Shown: positions 9,563-20,853, counted from the first letter of the stretch. The stretch: 64,000 nucleotides of DNA from Desulfatiglandales bacterium (GCA_963662465.1 OY759599.1:6208001-6272000); one strand, 5' to 3'. Translations and numbers: made by a program. The notes: a model not told the origin generated them from the sequence alone.

Positions 9563-11551
9563 TTATAACCCGGAAGGTTCTTGATCTCCGGGCTTTTTTG
9601 TTCCCTGGATGAGCGACAGCACAACATCCGGATCCAATAGGGTCGATGTATCGCCTATATCAGATATATCTCCGGTGGAAATTTTCCTCAGGAGGCGGCG
9701 CATGATTTTGCCGCTGACCGTCTTGGGCAGGGCATCAGCCCATTGTATCCGTTCAGGCGTGGCGAAGGGCCCGATGAGACGGCGTACCTGTTGAATGAGT
9801 TCGGTCCGGAGAAGATCGTCCGGAATCCGATCAGGTTTCAGGGTGACGAAGGCATAAAGCGCCTCGCCCTTGATATCATGGGGGAATCCCACCACGGCGG
9901 CTTCCGCCACGGCCGGATGGGCCTCCAGGGCGCTTTCAACCTCGGCTGTGCCCAAACGGTGTCCGCTTACATTGATTACGTCATCCACCCGACCGGTTAT
10001 CCAGTAGTAACCGTCCTCGTCGCGTCGGGCGCCATCGCCGGTGAAATAGTAACCAGGGTAATCAGAGAAGTAAGTCTTTTGAAAGCGCACCGGATCATTA
10101 TAGATTGTGCGCGCCATACCCGGCCAGGGACTCTTTATACAGAGATACCCTTCTCCTGGTCCGTCTATTTCCTCTCCTTGCTCGTTCAGGAGACATGGCT
10201 GTATCCCGAAGTAAGGGACGGAAGCCGCACCGGGTTTAAGGTCAATGGCTCCGGGAAGCGGGCTGAGCAGGATGCCGCCCGTTTCGGTCTGCCACCAGGT
10301 ATCCACGATGGGACATTGTCCCTGGCCTACCATCTCGTAGTACCAGTGCCATGCCTCGGGATCGATCGGTTCTCCGACAGAGCCTAAAAGACGAAGACTG
10401 CTCACATCACGCCTATGGACTAACGTATTTCCTTCTTTACGGAGCGCCCGGATGGCAGTCGGCGCCGTGTAAAAAATGCTGATGCGATGTTTTTCTACCA
10501 CGTCCCAAAAGCGGTCATAGGCGGGATAGCTTGGCGATCCCTCATACATAACGCTGCTCGCACCCGCACAAAGTGGTCCGTAGACCAGATAGCTGTGCCC
10601 GGTGATCCAGCCGATATCAGCGGTACACCAATAGGTGTCTTCATCTTTATAATCGAATACGTCCAAAAAAGTACTTTCAGCAAAAAGGAGATACCCCCCC
10701 GTTGTATGGACCAAACCTTTAGGCTTACCCGTACTCCCCGAGGTATAGAGGATGAAAAGCGGGTCTTCGGCATCCATCCATTCCGGAGCGCAATACGGCT
10801 TGAGATCCGCCGCCCGCATTTCCCGATGGTACCAGAGATCGCGGCCCGGCTTCATGGGCACATCCCAGCGGATACGGCGTACCACGAGGACCGTCTCCAC
10901 TGAAGGGCAATACGCCAGCGCCTCATCTGCGTTGTGTTTCAGGGTCAGCACCCGTCCCGAACGGAATCCGCCATCACTGGTGATCAGAAGCCGAGACCGG
11001 CAGTCCTGAATGCGGTTGGCCAGAGACGCAGCGCTGAATCCGCCAAAGACCACACTGTGGATCGCCCCGATGCGTGCGCATGCCAACATCGCGATGACCA
11101 GATGCGGAATCATGGGGAGATAGAGCGTTACCCTGTCCCCTTTCTTCACGCCCAGCTTCTTTAGCACCTGGGCCAGCTTGTTGACTTCGTAAAAGAGATC
11201 CTGATAAGTGAAAGTGCGGCTGTCGCCAATTCGTTCTCCCTCAAAAATAATGGCGGCCTTATTGCGCCGCCAGGTTTGAATATGCCGGTCCAGGCAATTG
11301 TAGGCGGCGTTTAATTTCCCGCCCTGAAACCACGCAACACGGCCCTGGTTGAAGTCACCCTCCAAGGTCTTCTCCCATGGGGCATGCCAGGACAAAAGTT
11401 CACTGGCTTTTTCCGACCAGAACCCTTCCGGATCCTGGATAGACCTTGCATACAGACGGTCAAAGCCCTCACTTCCAGAAACCCGGGCGTGGCGCTGAAA
11501 GGTCTCCGGCACGGAATATCGCTCCTTTATCTGATTTATCTCTTGGCGCAT
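9563..11551 (-). CDS. acs: Acetate--CoA ligase
   Basis: Motifs [26 protein letters not shown] and [11 protein letters not shown]. Confidence 0.95.
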   Translation of the reverse strand: MRQEINQIKERYSVPETFQRHARVSGSEGFDRLYARSIQDPEGFWSEKASELLSWHAPWEKTLEGDFNQGRVAWFQGGKLNAAYNCLDRHIQTWRRNKAAIIFEGERIGDSRTFTYQDLFYEVNKLAQVLKKLGVKKGDRVTLYLPMIPHLVIAMLACARIGAIHSVVFGGFSAASLANRIQDCRSRLLITSDGGFRSGRVLTLKHNADEALAYCPSVETVLVVRRIRWDVPMKPGRDLWYHREMRAADLKPYCAPEWMDAEDPLFILYTSGSTGKPKGLVHTTGGYLLFAESTFLDVFDYKDEDTYWCTADIGWITGHSYLVYGPLCAGASSVMYEGSPSYPAYDRFWDVVEKHRISIFYTAPTAIRALRKEGNTLVHRRDVSSLRLLGSVGEPIDPEAWHWYYEMVGQGQCPIVDTWWQTETGGILLSPLPGAIDLKPGAASVPYFGIQPCLLNEQGEEIDGPGEGYLCIKSPWPGMARTIYNDPVRFQKTYFSDYPGYYFTGDGARRDEDGYYWITGRVDDVINVSGHRLGTAEVESALEAHPAVAEAAVVGFPHDIKGEALYAFVTLKPDRIPDDLLRTELIQQVRRLIGPFATPERIQWADALPKTVSGKIMRRLLRKISTGDISDIGDTSTLLDPDVVLSLIQGTKKPGDQEPSGL

Positions 11552-11565
11552 CGTCGCCTCCTTTC

Positions 11566-11811
11566 CTAAAGACGCGAATCAATATGGCCGGGGCCTCCGC
11601 ACTCCGGTGTGTAGCAGGTAATATTGATAAAATCACATTTCTCACCGCACTCCGGACAGATATCCGGCGGGTTTGCAGCGGTTATGGTAAAACCACACTT
11701 ACTGCATTTCCAGTAAGTCAGGCCACACTGGGGACATATGTCCCCTACGAACCTGCCCTTGGCCTCATAACCACAGTGCGCACAAACCAATTTTTTCTCT
11801 TTGTTTTCCAT
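11566..11811 (-). CDS. Small rubredoxin-like/zinc-ribbon Cys-rich protein
   Basis: Four CxxC motifs plus [14 protein letters not shown]. Confidence 0.7.
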   Translation of the reverse strand: MENKEKKLVCAHCGYEAKGRFVGDICPQCGLTYWKCSKCGFTITAANPPDICPECGEKCDFINITCYTPECGGPGHIDSRL

Positions 11812-12072
11812 TTTGGCTTCCCTCCCTCCCCCTCTTTTTTCGTTTAATGAGCAAAATCGTTTTCCATTTGTCATTTTTTCTACATCCAATATCTATGCCA
11901 CAATCGCGATAGTTTCCTGCTCAAATAAATGTTTAAAAAGTCATAGCAGTAAAAATATGGAAATACTCGTAAAAAATCGAGCATGGATTGACAAACGGAG
12001 GCCCCGTTACTTATATTGTAGGTAACGTCTAAATGACTCCAGTAACGTTACCGTAACGGTCCCGACATAAAC

Positions 12073-13530
12073 ATGGCACGGGAAAAATCAAAAATTCAAA
12101 GAATACAAATGGCTGAAAGTAAAAACAGCATCCAAAATATTCTGGACCCCAACTTTGCACGATTGCTCCTGGAATCCATGGCGGATGGTGTATTTACGCT
12201 GGATGACAAGGGAAAAATAACCTCCTGGAATCCATCCATGGAACGGATTACCGGTTACACCGCCGCGGAAGCCATTGGAAAACCCTGTATGTTTCTCAGT
12301 TTCAGCCGTTGTTTTTCCAACACTTGTCCCACGGGGATCAACCAATGCGGGATTTTTGAGCAATCCGTCGTTGATGCCAAGGAATGCTTTTTGCGCCACA
12401 AGGACGGCCACGATGTCCCCGTTGTGAAAAGCGCCCGGACGGTCAGGGAGCAGGGGTTTATCAAAGGCGTGGTGGAGACCGTCACGGATATGACCGAACT
12501 GCAATTGGCGCGGCGAAAGGCGGAAGAGGCCAGTCTCCGTCTGGGGGAACACCACAGATTCGAAAATATCATCGGCAAAAGCCATCCCATGCAGGAGGTT
12601 TTTGCAGCCCTCAAAGCGGTGGCTGCCAGTGAAGCCACCGTCCTGATCCAGGGGGAAAGCGGTACGGGCAAGGAGCTGGCGGCCGGCGCCATTCATTACA
12701 ACAGCGAACGGCAAAATAATCCTTTTGTGAGCGTAAACTGCAGCGCCTTGTCGGAATCCCTGCTGGAAAGCGAGCTGTTCGGCCATGTCAAGGGCGCGTT
12801 TACGGGTGCTGTGCGTGATCGTTCCGGACGCTTCGAAGATGCCCATGGCGGTACCCTTTTTCTGGATGAAATTGGTGAAATCAGTCCGTTTATTCAGCTC
12901 AAGCTGCTTCGGGTGCTGCAGGAGAGGGAAATTGAACGGGTTGGAGAATCCCGAAAGCGAAAGATCGATATTCGGATCATTGCGGCCACCAACAAGGACC
13001 TGTACGGTCTCGTGCAAAACGGCGTCTTTCGTGAAGATCTTTACTATCGTTTGAAGGTTTTCCCCATCCTGCTTCCCCCTTTAAGGAAGCGGAAGGAAGA
13101 CATCCCGCTTCTCATCAGTGATTTTATCCGTTTTCAGAATCAAAAAACCGGGAAACAGGTGGCGGGTATTTCACAGTCGGCCATGCGGATTCTCATGGAT
13201 TACGCGTGGCCCGGCAATGTCCGTGAATTGGAAAATGCCATTGAACATGCCTTTGTTCTATGTGATAGCGGCAACATGGATGTCTTTGATCTGCCCGTTG
13301 AGATTCGACAGTTTGCCCTAACGAATAACTTAAGGCAACCGGCGGCCTTGAAGGCGCCGCCGGCAATATTGCGGGCGCCTTTGGGAAAGAACCTGACCCG
13401 GGAAACGCTCCTTGAAATTCTTGTTGAGAGTGGGTGGAACAAAGCGGAAGCGGCCCGGCGGGTGGGTCTTAGCCGCACGGCCATATGGAAATATATGAAA
13501 AAATGGGATATTCCACTGAAGCGATCGTAA
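12073..13530 (+). CDS. PAS-containing sigma-54 enhancer-binding protein
   Basis: PAS domain, [14 protein letters not shown] and a C-terminal Fis-type HTH. Confidence 0.95.
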   Translation: MAREKSKIQRIQMAESKNSIQNILDPNFARLLLESMADGVFTLDDKGKITSWNPSMERITGYTAAEAIGKPCMFLSFSRCFSNTCPTGINQCGIFEQSVVDAKECFLRHKDGHDVPVVKSARTVREQGFIKGVVETVTDMTELQLARRKAEEASLRLGEHHRFENIIGKSHPMQEVFAALKAVAASEATVLIQGESGTGKELAAGAIHYNSERQNNPFVSVNCSALSESLLESELFGHVKGAFTGAVRDRSGRFEDAHGGTLFLDEIGEISPFIQLKLLRVLQEREIERVGESRKRKIDIRIIAATNKDLYGLVQNGVFREDLYYRLKVFPILLPPLRKRKEDIPLLISDFIRFQNQKTGKQVAGISQSAMRILMDYAWPGNVRELENAIEHAFVLCDSGNMDVFDLPVEIRQFALTNNLRQPAALKAPPAILRAPLGKNLTRETLLEILVESGWNKAEAARRVGLSRTAIWKYMKKWDIPLKRS

Positions 13531-13552
13531 TTTACAAAAATTCCGGGTCCCC

Positions 13553-14932
13553 ATGAAAAAAGAAAAGCCTTACCAAATTCCTTCCCATGTGACCGAAACG
13601 ATCCTGAACAGCATCTCCGACGGGGTGTTTACCGTGGATCATGCCTGGCGCATTACCTCTTTCAACCGGGCCGCGGAACGGATCACCCGGATTCCCCGGG
13701 AAGAAGCGCTGGGAAAACATTGCTGGGAGGTGTTCCGGTCCAACATGTGTGAAACCGACTGCGCCCTCCGCCGCACCATGAAACAGGGGAAGGCCTTTGT
13801 GGATACCGCCACCTACATCGTGGACAGCGAAAAACGCCGCATTCCCGTGGTGGTTTCCACCAGCCTGCTGAAAGATGAGAAAAATACGGTGCTGGGTGGT
13901 GTGGAAACCTTTCGCGATATGAGTGTGGTGGAGGAGTTGCGCCGGGAACTAAATGCCCGCTATCAGGTGGGGGATATGGTCAGCCGGAGCCCTGCTATGC
14001 ACCGGGTTTTCAAGATCCTGCCCCAGGTGGCGGAAAGCGACAGCACCGTGCTGATCCAGGGGGAAACCGGCACCGGCAAGGAACTCTTGGCCCGGGCCCT
14101 TCACGGATTGAGTCCCCGTCGAGACAACCCCTTTGTGGCCATCAACTGCGGCGCTCTGCCGGACACCCTGTTGGAATCGGAGCTTTTCGGCTACAAGGCC
14201 GGTGCCTTTACCCATGCCGTCAAGGACAAACCGGGGCATTTCGCCCTGGCCGAAGGGGGCGTCATCATGCTGGACGAGATCGGCGATCTCAGTCCGGCCT
14301 TTCAGGTGAGGCTTTTGCGCGTGCTTCAGGAAAAGGCTTTTCGGCCCCTGGGGGGCGCTGGGGAGGTCAAGGCCGATGTGCGCATTATCGCGGCCACCAA
14401 CAAAGATCTGGACGACCTGGTGAAGACCGGTGTTTTTCGTCAGGATCTCTTTTACCGGGTGAACGTGGTTCGGTTGGACCTCCCTCCTTTGCGGGAGCGC
14501 AGAGAGGACGTTCCCACCCTGGCCAGGCATTTTATTGAGCGGTTCAACCGGTTGCAGGGGAGAATGGTGACCGGCATCAGCCAGGCGGCCCTTTCGCTGC
14601 TCATGTTCCATGACTATCCCGGCAATATTCGGGAACTTGAGAATATTATCGAGCATGCGCTGGTATTGTGTCCTGAAGGAGAAATCGGCATCCACTGTTT
14701 GCCGGAGAACCTGCAAAGGTTGTCTCCCGGACCGCTTCGGGCGGGGATGGATGCAGCGTTGAAATCGACGGAATCCCAGGTGATACAGGATGCCTTGAAA
14801 CGGCATCATTTTAACCGGTTGGCCGCCGCACGCGAACTTGGCATGCACAAGAGCACCCTGTTTCGAAAAATCAAACAACTGGGGATTCAACTGCCCAAAA
14901 CAGACGGCCGGAGCAAGCATAAAAATGAATAG
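13553..14932 (+). CDS. PAS-containing sigma-54 enhancer-binding protein (OrpR-like by context)
   Basis: Cys-containing PAS domain, GETGTGKE, GAFTHA and HTH; lies directly upstream of the orp-like operon. Confidence 0.9.
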   Translation: MKKEKPYQIPSHVTETILNSISDGVFTVDHAWRITSFNRAAERITRIPREEALGKHCWEVFRSNMCETDCALRRTMKQGKAFVDTATYIVDSEKRRIPVVVSTSLLKDEKNTVLGGVETFRDMSVVEELRRELNARYQVGDMVSRSPAMHRVFKILPQVAESDSTVLIQGETGTGKELLARALHGLSPRRDNPFVAINCGALPDTLLESELFGYKAGAFTHAVKDKPGHFALAEGGVIMLDEIGDLSPAFQVRLLRVLQEKAFRPLGGAGEVKADVRIIAATNKDLDDLVKTGVFRQDLFYRVNVVRLDLPPLRERREDVPTLARHFIERFNRLQGRMVTGISQAALSLLMFHDYPGNIRELENIIEHALVLCPEGEIGIHCLPENLQRLSPGPLRAGMDAALKSTESQVIQDALKRHHFNRLAAARELGMHKSTLFRKIKQLGIQLPKTDGRSKHKNE

Positions 14933-15082
14933 TTGAGTCTCTCATTAGCGACTGTGCGTCCCTGTATCGTCTTAAAAGTGCTACTCTATTGCGGTTTCCC
15001 ATGACGCCGACTGTCAAGCGAAACATGAATAACCTATTGACAATATAGATTTTATCGTTATATTTGAAAATCTGTTTAAATT

Positions 15083-15099
15083 CCGGCATGTAAATTGCT
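15083..15099 (+). promoter_or_regulatory. Sigma-54 -24/-12 promoter
   Basis: CCGGCATGTAAATTGCT gives GG-N10-GC about 33 nt before the operon start, just downstream of two sigma-54 activators. Confidence 0.75.
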
Positions 15100-15131
15100 G
15101 TATCTTTCTCCCAATGGGAGGATGATGACAA

Positions 15132-15503
15132 ATGAAGGTGGCTGTAACCGTATGGGAAAATCGTATTTCGCCCCTTTTCGATGCCACGCGAACATTGCTG
15201 ATCGCGGATGTTCATAATCATGTGGTTACCGAAAAACACCTGGTGTCCTTTGATTGCATTTCTCCTTTTTCCCGGGCCGCAACCCTGGAAGAGCTGGGGG
15301 TCGACACCTTGATTTGCGGCGGCGTATCCGATTTCTTCGCCAATCTGATCGAGGCGCGCAACATTCGTATTATTCCCTTTGTTGCGGGGCGTGTTGATGA
15401 GGTGATTGATGCTTATTTGAGGGATGTCCTTTGTCATAAAAGATTCCGAATGCCGGGATGTTGCGGTAGACGATATGAAAAAAATCAGGAGGAGCAAACA
15501 TGA
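15132..15503 (+). CDS. NifB/NifX (dinitrogenase FeMo-co biosynthesis/MTH1175-like) family protein
   Basis: MKVAV...RISPLFD...LICGGVS. Confidence 0.85.
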   Translation: MKVAVTVWENRISPLFDATRTLLIADVHNHVVTEKHLVSFDCISPFSRAATLEELGVDTLICGGVSDFFANLIEARNIRIIPFVAGRVDEVIDAYLRDVLCHKRFRMPGCCGRRYEKNQEEQT

Positions 15504-16141
15504 AAATTGCAGTGAGCAGTAGTGGCAATAATTTGGATTCACAGATTGATCCGCGCTTTGGCCGATGTGCCTATTTTGTCGTTGTGGATACGGAGAGTAT
15601 GAGTTTTGAAACCTTTGACAATGAAAGTATTGCGTTAGGCGGCGGGGCCGGCATTCAAGCGGCCCAGTTTGTGGCTTCCAAAGGCGCCAAAGCGATCCTT
15701 ACGGGGAATGTGGGTCCCAATGCGGTGAAAACGCTTGCCGCGGCCGGGGTAGAGGTTTTTGTGGGCCAAAATGGAACTGTGAGGGAAGCCCTTGAGCGGT
15801 ACAAAAGGGGAGATTTACAGTCCACCAGTGCGCCCAATGTGGTTGATCATTACGGTATGGGGGGTGGCGGCGCCGGAAGCGTGAGCTCTGGTAGTGGCGG
15901 CATGGGCGGCGGCGGTGGTCGCGGTATGGGCGGCGGCGGTGGTCGCGGTATGGGCGGCGGTGGTGGTCGCGGCATGGGCGGCGGCGGTGGTTGTGGTATG
16001 GGTGGCGGTGGTGGTCGCGGCATGGGTGGCGCGCTTCAAGGGACGGGGTCTCAATCCGCCCCTCTATCCAGGGATGAAGAATTGAAACGGCTGAAAGACC
16101 AGGTTAATCAACTGCAAGAGCAGATAAAGGCCATTGAATAG
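15500..16141 (+). CDS. NifB/NifX family protein (Orange protein-like) with Gly-rich tail
   Basis: DPRFGRCAYF...GGGAGIQAAQ...TGNVGPNA, followed by MGGGGGRG repeats and a short coiled coil. Confidence 0.85.
   Translation: MKIAVSSSGNNLDSQIDPRFGRCAYFVVVDTESMSFETFDNESIALGGGAGIQAAQFVASKGAKAILTGNVGPNAVKTLAAAGVEVFVGQNGTVREALERYKRGDLQSTSAPNVVDHYGMGGGGAGSVSSGSGGMGGGGGRGMGGGGGRGMGGGGGRGMGGGGGCGMGGGGGRGMGGALQGTGSQSAPLSRDEELKRLKDQVNQLQEQIKAIE
15902..16030 (+). repeat. Coding 24-nt tandem repeat encoding MGGGGG(R/C)G, about 5 copies
   Basis: Units like atgggcggcggcggtggtcgcggt are seen directly. Confidence 0.9.
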
Positions 16142-16184
16142 AAACGCTTTAGGGCCATGTGAAAGAACTGGAGGTTAGCAATTT

Positions 16185-17414
16185 ATGGCAAATGAAAATA
16201 TAAGCCAGCAGGATCAGCATAAAATGCAGGATATTGAGATCAAGGAAAGCCTGCTCCGAATCAAACATAAAATTCTTGTAATGAGCGGCAAGGGAGGCGT
16301 TGGAAAAAGCAGTGTGGCCGCCTACTTGTCCGTGGCGCTGGCCAAAAAGGGGTACAAGGTGGGACTCATGGATGTGGACCTCCACGGACCCAGTATTCCC
16401 CGCATGCTGGGACTTCAAGGAAATATTGGGCAGGGCAGTTCCGGAAAGGCCCGGCCCGTCAGCTATCTTCCCAATATGGAAGTCATTTCCATTGAAAGTC
16501 TCCTTGGGGAAAACAAGGATGCCGCCACTATTTGGCGGGGCCCTCTCAAGATTGGGGTGATAAGGCAGTTTATATCCGATATGCAGTGGAATGATTTGGA
16601 CTACATGATTATTGATTCGCCGCCGGGTACTGGAGATGAGCCTCTGACCGTGGCCCAGACCATTCCCGATGCCTTGGCCCTGATTGTCACCACTCCCCAG
16701 GAAGTGTCTTTGGCGGATGTGCGAAAGTCTATCAATTTCTGCCGCCAGGTCAATATGGAAATCCTGGGCCTGGTTGAAAACATGAGTGGACTCACCTGCC
16801 CTCACTGTGGCAAAACCATTGAATTATTCAAAACCAAGGGCGGCATGCAAACCGCAAAAAATGAAGGATTGCGGCTGCTGGGGACACTCCCCCTGGAGCC
16901 CCAGGTGGTCATGAACGGCGATGCCGGGAATATGGGACTCCTGGATGACAGCACTCGCCCCATTACTCAGGAATTCAATAAAATAGTGGATGAGATTGTG
17001 CAGTTGACCCAGCATCGGACAAAGACCGTTCCGAAAACCCAGTCGGAGTTTCCCGTCATTGAGAAATCCTCTAAAGATTCGAAAGTGCTTGTGGTTCCAG
17101 TGAGCGGGGGAAAGTTGAGCGCCCATTTTGGTCACTGCGAACAATTCGCGTTTGTTGAAACCCTGAATGGGAAAATCGTCAAAACGGATATGCGCAATCC
17201 GCCGGCTCACGAACCGGGGGTGTTGCCCCGGTGGCTTGCCGAGCAGGGCGCTGATGTGGCGATTGTGGGCGGAATGGGTGAAAGCGCTCAGCAGCTTTTG
17301 CGCGACAATGGCATTGAAGTGATTATGGGTGCGCCCATGGATTCTCCAGAGTCGCTGGCAAACCAGTATCTCTCCAACACCCTGGTTTCGGGTGAGAATA
17401 GCTGTGATCATTAG
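16185..17414 (+). CDS. Mrp/NBP35 Fe-S carrier ATPase fused to a NifB/NifX domain (MrpORP-like)
   Basis: GKGGVGKS, DSPPGTGD, ENMS..CPHC, and a C-terminal HFGHC...GGMG domain. Confidence 0.9.
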   Translation: MANENISQQDQHKMQDIEIKESLLRIKHKILVMSGKGGVGKSSVAAYLSVALAKKGYKVGLMDVDLHGPSIPRMLGLQGNIGQGSSGKARPVSYLPNMEVISIESLLGENKDAATIWRGPLKIGVIRQFISDMQWNDLDYMIIDSPPGTGDEPLTVAQTIPDALALIVTTPQEVSLADVRKSINFCRQVNMEILGLVENMSGLTCPHCGKTIELFKTKGGMQTAKNEGLRLLGTLPLEPQVVMNGDAGNMGLLDDSTRPITQEFNKIVDEIVQLTQHRTKTVPKTQSEFPVIEKSSKDSKVLVVPVSGGKLSAHFGHCEQFAFVETLNGKIVKTDMRNPPAHEPGVLPRWLAEQGADVAIVGGMGESAQQLLRDNGIEVIMGAPMDSPESLANQYLSNTLVSGENSCDH

Positions 17415-17442
17415 TAGGGGCGAATAACGATTCGCCCTTTAC
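17414..17442. repeat. GTAG-type REP-like palindrome
   Basis: GTAGGGGCGAAT-AACG-ATTCGCCCTTTAC. Confidence 0.55.
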
Positions 17443-17483
17443 CTGTGCGGATGAATCCGCACCTACACGGGAGAAGGAATGGC

Positions 17484-17924
17484 ATGAGCGACAATCTGGA
17501 TGATTTCATAGACGGGTTGCAGGATCAGATTTATCAGGAAACCCGGGCCGCTTATGGAGATCTTGCCTTTGAACGATGGCAAAATCTCCTCTATCTGGGC
17601 CCCATGGAGGATCCGGATGGATTCGCACGGATTACCGGTTCATGCGGGGATACCATGGAAATTTTTTTGAAATTTCAAAATGGTCGTGTTCTGGCAGCGT
17701 CATTTCAAACGGACGGGTGCGGGACCAGCGCCGTATGCGGGTCCTTTGCCTCGGAAATGGCACTGAATAAGACCCCGGATGAAGTGCTGGAAGTTACCGG
17801 CGAAAAAATCCTGGAAATTTTGGGAGGGTTTCCAAAGGAAGATGAACACTGTGCCTTTTTGGCCGCTGAAACCCTCCAGGAAGCTCTGAACAATTATATG
17901 ATTAAGCAGAAAAAGAGCAATTAG
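17484..17924 (+). CDS. IscU/NifU N-terminal-like Fe-S scaffold
   Basis: GSCGD...TDGCG...EHCA (three Cys). Start moved to MSDNL. Confidence 0.85.
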   Translation: MSDNLDDFIDGLQDQIYQETRAAYGDLAFERWQNLLYLGPMEDPDGFARITGSCGDTMEIFLKFQNGRVLAASFQTDGCGTSAVCGSFASEMALNKTPDEVLEVTGEKILEILGGFPKEDEHCAFLAAETLQEALNNYMIKQKKSN

Positions 17925-18076
17925 CTGTTAGCGATTAGCCATTAGCTGCTGTAGGCGCTGATTTACTTGTATACGTCCCATATTGCATATTGCACGGGAA
18001 GCTTCTTGTTTTCTTTGACACGGTTCTAAGGAATAGCGCACTATCCGCTAACAGCTAACAGCTAAAGGAGACCATA

Positions 18077-18931
18077 ATGATTATCAGTATAGCAAGCGGC
18101 AAGGGAGGAACGGGAAAGACCACGGTCGCCACCAATCTGGCGGTTTCCCTTGATTTCGAAGCGCAGATTCTGGATTGCGACGTGGAAGAACCCAATGTAC
18201 ACCTCTTTATCCAACCTCATATGGAAGAGACCCGGATTATTACCACCCCGGTACCCGAGGTGGACATGGAGAAATGCAGCCTTTGCGGGAAATGTGGGGA
18301 AATCTGTCAGTTCAGGGCCATTATTGTGCTCGGAGAGACCGTGCTGCCCTTTGTTGAAATGTGCCATAGCTGTGGCGGCTGCATGGCGGTCTGTCCCGAA
18401 AAGGCCATCACCGAGACGACCCGGGAGTTGGGCCGCATCGAAAGGGGACATCGCAATGGTCTGGAATTTGTCCATGGAAAACTGAGAGTAGGCGAAGCCA
18501 TGTCTCCGCCGCTGATCAAGAGCGTGCGGCAATACACTCGCCCCGACGTCCTGACCATTATCGATGCCCCACCGGGAACCTCATGCCCCGTGATTGCCTC
18601 CATGAAAGGGGCGGATTTTGTGTTGCTGGTGACCGAACCCACGCCCTTCGGCCTCCACGATTTGAAATTGGCGGTGGGCGCCGTCCGAATTCTCGACATT
18701 CCTTGCGGGCTGGTCATCAACCGATCGGATATGGGTGATGATAAGGTCTTAAGTTATGCCAAAAAGGAAAATATTCCAATCTTAATGGAAATTCCCTTTG
18801 ATCGAAAGATTGCTGAGGCGTATTCAAGGGGCGACATGATTGTAGAAGTTATGCCTGAATGGAAAGAAAACTTTATCAAACTGTACCGGGATATTGCTGA
18901 AATAGCAGGGCATAAAAGGAGCGTTTCATGA
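18077..18931 (+). CDS. MinD-superfamily P-loop ATPase with 4Fe-4S dicluster insert
   Basis: GKGGTGKT, two ferredoxin-type Cys clusters, and DAPPGTSC. Confidence 0.9.
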   Translation: MIISIASGKGGTGKTTVATNLAVSLDFEAQILDCDVEEPNVHLFIQPHMEETRIITTPVPEVDMEKCSLCGKCGEICQFRAIIVLGETVLPFVEMCHSCGGCMAVCPEKAITETTRELGRIERGHRNGLEFVHGKLRVGEAMSPPLIKSVRQYTRPDVLTIIDAPPGTSCPVIASMKGADFVLLVTEPTPFGLHDLKLAVGAVRILDIPCGLVINRSDMGDDKVLSYAKKENIPILMEIPFDRKIAEAYSRGDMIVEVMPEWKENFIKLYRDIAEIAGHKRSVS

Positions 18932-19788
18932 AAGAGATAGTCGTCATAAGCGGCAAGGGAGGAACGGGAAAGACCAGTATCATTTCGGCGTTTGCTTCCC
19001 TTGCCAAAAGCAAAGTGCTTTGCGATGCGGATGTGGATGCGGCGGATCTTCACCTGATAATGGCCCCTACGATAAAGGAACGCCATGATTTTGATTCCGG
19101 ACACACTGCGAAAATTGATCTGGATAAATGTACCCAGTGTGGCCAGTGCCGGGACCTGTGCCGATGGGATGCCATCAGCGAGGATTTTGTGGTGGACGAA
19201 ATCGAATGCGAGGGTTGCGGGGTCTGTTATTATTTTTGTCCTGAAAAAGCCATTGAATTTCCCCTCAACACCTGCGGCGAGTGGTTTATTTCCGATACAC
19301 GATTTGGTCCCATGGCCCATGCCAGCCTGGGCATTGCCGAAGAGAACTCCGGAAAACTAGTGGCGCTCATTCGAAAGGAAGGACGGGAACTGGCTGAAAA
19401 AAATAATCTGGATTTACTGCTCACGGATGGTCCTCCCGGTGTGGGATGCCCGGTCATCGCGTCCCTGGGCGGGGCCTCGGCCGTTTTGATCGTGGCTGAG
19501 CCTACGGTTTCGGGCAAACATGACATGGAAAGGGTGTCGGAGCTGGCGGCATTTTTCAAGGTGCCGGCAATGCTTTGCGTCAACAAATTTGATCTCAATC
19601 CCGGGATGGGAGAGGCCATCGAGGCCTTTGCGCAAGAAAAGAACATAAAGGTTATGGGTCGCGTTCCCTTTGATCCCGCCTTTACCCACGCCATGGTTCA
19701 GGGAAAGACCATTGTTGAGTTTGATGAACAGGGGGAGGGCGCCCGGGCGGTTAAAGCTATTTGGGAGAAGGTGAAAGGCGAAAGCTGA
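18928..19788 (+). CDS. MinD-superfamily P-loop ATPase with 4Fe-4S dicluster insert (paralog)
   Basis: GKGGTGKT, ferredoxin motifs, and DGPPGVGC; ATGA coupling to the upstream gene. Confidence 0.9.
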   Translation: MKEIVVISGKGGTGKTSIISAFASLAKSKVLCDADVDAADLHLIMAPTIKERHDFDSGHTAKIDLDKCTQCGQCRDLCRWDAISEDFVVDEIECEGCGVCYYFCPEKAIEFPLNTCGEWFISDTRFGPMAHASLGIAEENSGKLVALIRKEGRELAEKNNLDLLLTDGPPGVGCPVIASLGGASAVLIVAEPTVSGKHDMERVSELAAFFKVPAMLCVNKFDLNPGMGEAIEAFAQEKNIKVMGRVPFDPAFTHAMVQGKTIVEFDEQGEGARAVKAIWEKVKGES

Positions 19789-19807
19789 AAAAAAGGAGGG
19801 ACAATCA

Positions 19808-20035
19808 ATGCCGAGAGGAGACGGAACAGGACCGGGAGGCCAGGGCGCTGGAACAGGTCGTGGAATGGGCAGAGGCCAAGGCGGGCAGGGCAGAGGCCGC
19901 GGGGGTGGTGTCGGAGCGGGGCCGGGAGGCAATTGCGTTTGTCCCAGCTGCGGTGAAAAGGCGCCCCACCAGCTGGGAACGCCCTGCTATGACCAGCAGT
20001 GTCCCAAATGCGGGGCATCCATGACGCGGGAATAG
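19808..20035 (+). CDS. Small Gly-rich, Cys-containing protein (DUF5320-like plus zinc ribbon)
   Basis: MPRGDGTGP...GRG repeats...CVCPSCG...PC...CPKCG; AGGAGG RBS. Confidence 0.75.
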   Translation: MPRGDGTGPGGQGAGTGRGMGRGQGGQGRGRGGGVGAGPGGNCVCPSCGEKAPHQLGTPCYDQQCPKCGASMTRE

Positions 20036-20051
20036 GGACCGATTATACGCC

Positions 20052-20076
20052 CGTTCCCACGCTCTGCGTGGGAACG
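20052..20076. repeat. REP-like palindrome
   Basis: CGTTCCCACGC-TCT-GCGTGGGAACG; same family as 50878 and 52160-52238. Confidence 0.8.
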
Positions 20077-20853
20077 TAAGGCGGGATGCTTCGTGTCCAT
20101 GCCCGTCAATTTCAAAATTCTCCCGCCAAGGGGGTTGTTACGCCGGCGGATGAAAAATCTTTAGACGTTATTTTTCTCTGTTTGTTATCCTTGGGCAGGA
20201 TGCTCTGATCCATTTTTCCTTCAGCACGGAAATCAGATATGCCCGAAACGCGAGATCCGGGCACTGAATTCACGATCGTTCAATACATTGACATTGAGCT
20301 TTCCTGCTATGTACCGTCAAAAATCCGTATTTTTTCATGCTGGGTGTTGAGAATGCTCAAATCTCAAACTTCCAGCTATAGCATTTTTCATATGACTTGA
20401 TGAGCTTTTTTGGAAACAAAGTAAATAATATCAATGATTAAAGGCTAAGAATCGATATCAAGTCATCTGGAATGCCCTATAGTTGATGTACGTTGGAGTT
20501 ATCACAGGTCTTATGTCCTCCAAAAAACTGTCAGTTCCATGCACCTCTTAGCACTCATTCCGCACCCATGCCAACGATAATATCACAGGCATTCGTCTGC
20601 GAGAAATCGGTTGAGATATCATTCCGACCGAAATAGTGGAGTTGACCTCATGGGGCTCACAAAGCATTTCAAACCACAATTTGGAGATGGCTCGTATCAC
20701 AACTCGGTCGCCACTTGATGTCTCTGAAATATTAACAGGTTTCGGTTCATCCATAAAATTGTGAAGGCCGTGTCCCTCTTGACCAGAGGTCAGTCATCCT
20801 AATGAAAAGCCAATAAGTCACGAGCGTTCCTGTTCCCCAGAGGTTTGCAACAG

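Noticed and set aside
15132..17924. Nitrogen fixation cluster
   Set aside because: Only NifX-like and NifU-like domains are present, with no nifHDK. The context fits the orp system.
20100..20800. Possible gene remnants
   Set aside because: No recognisable translation in the frames I read, so the region was left unannotated.
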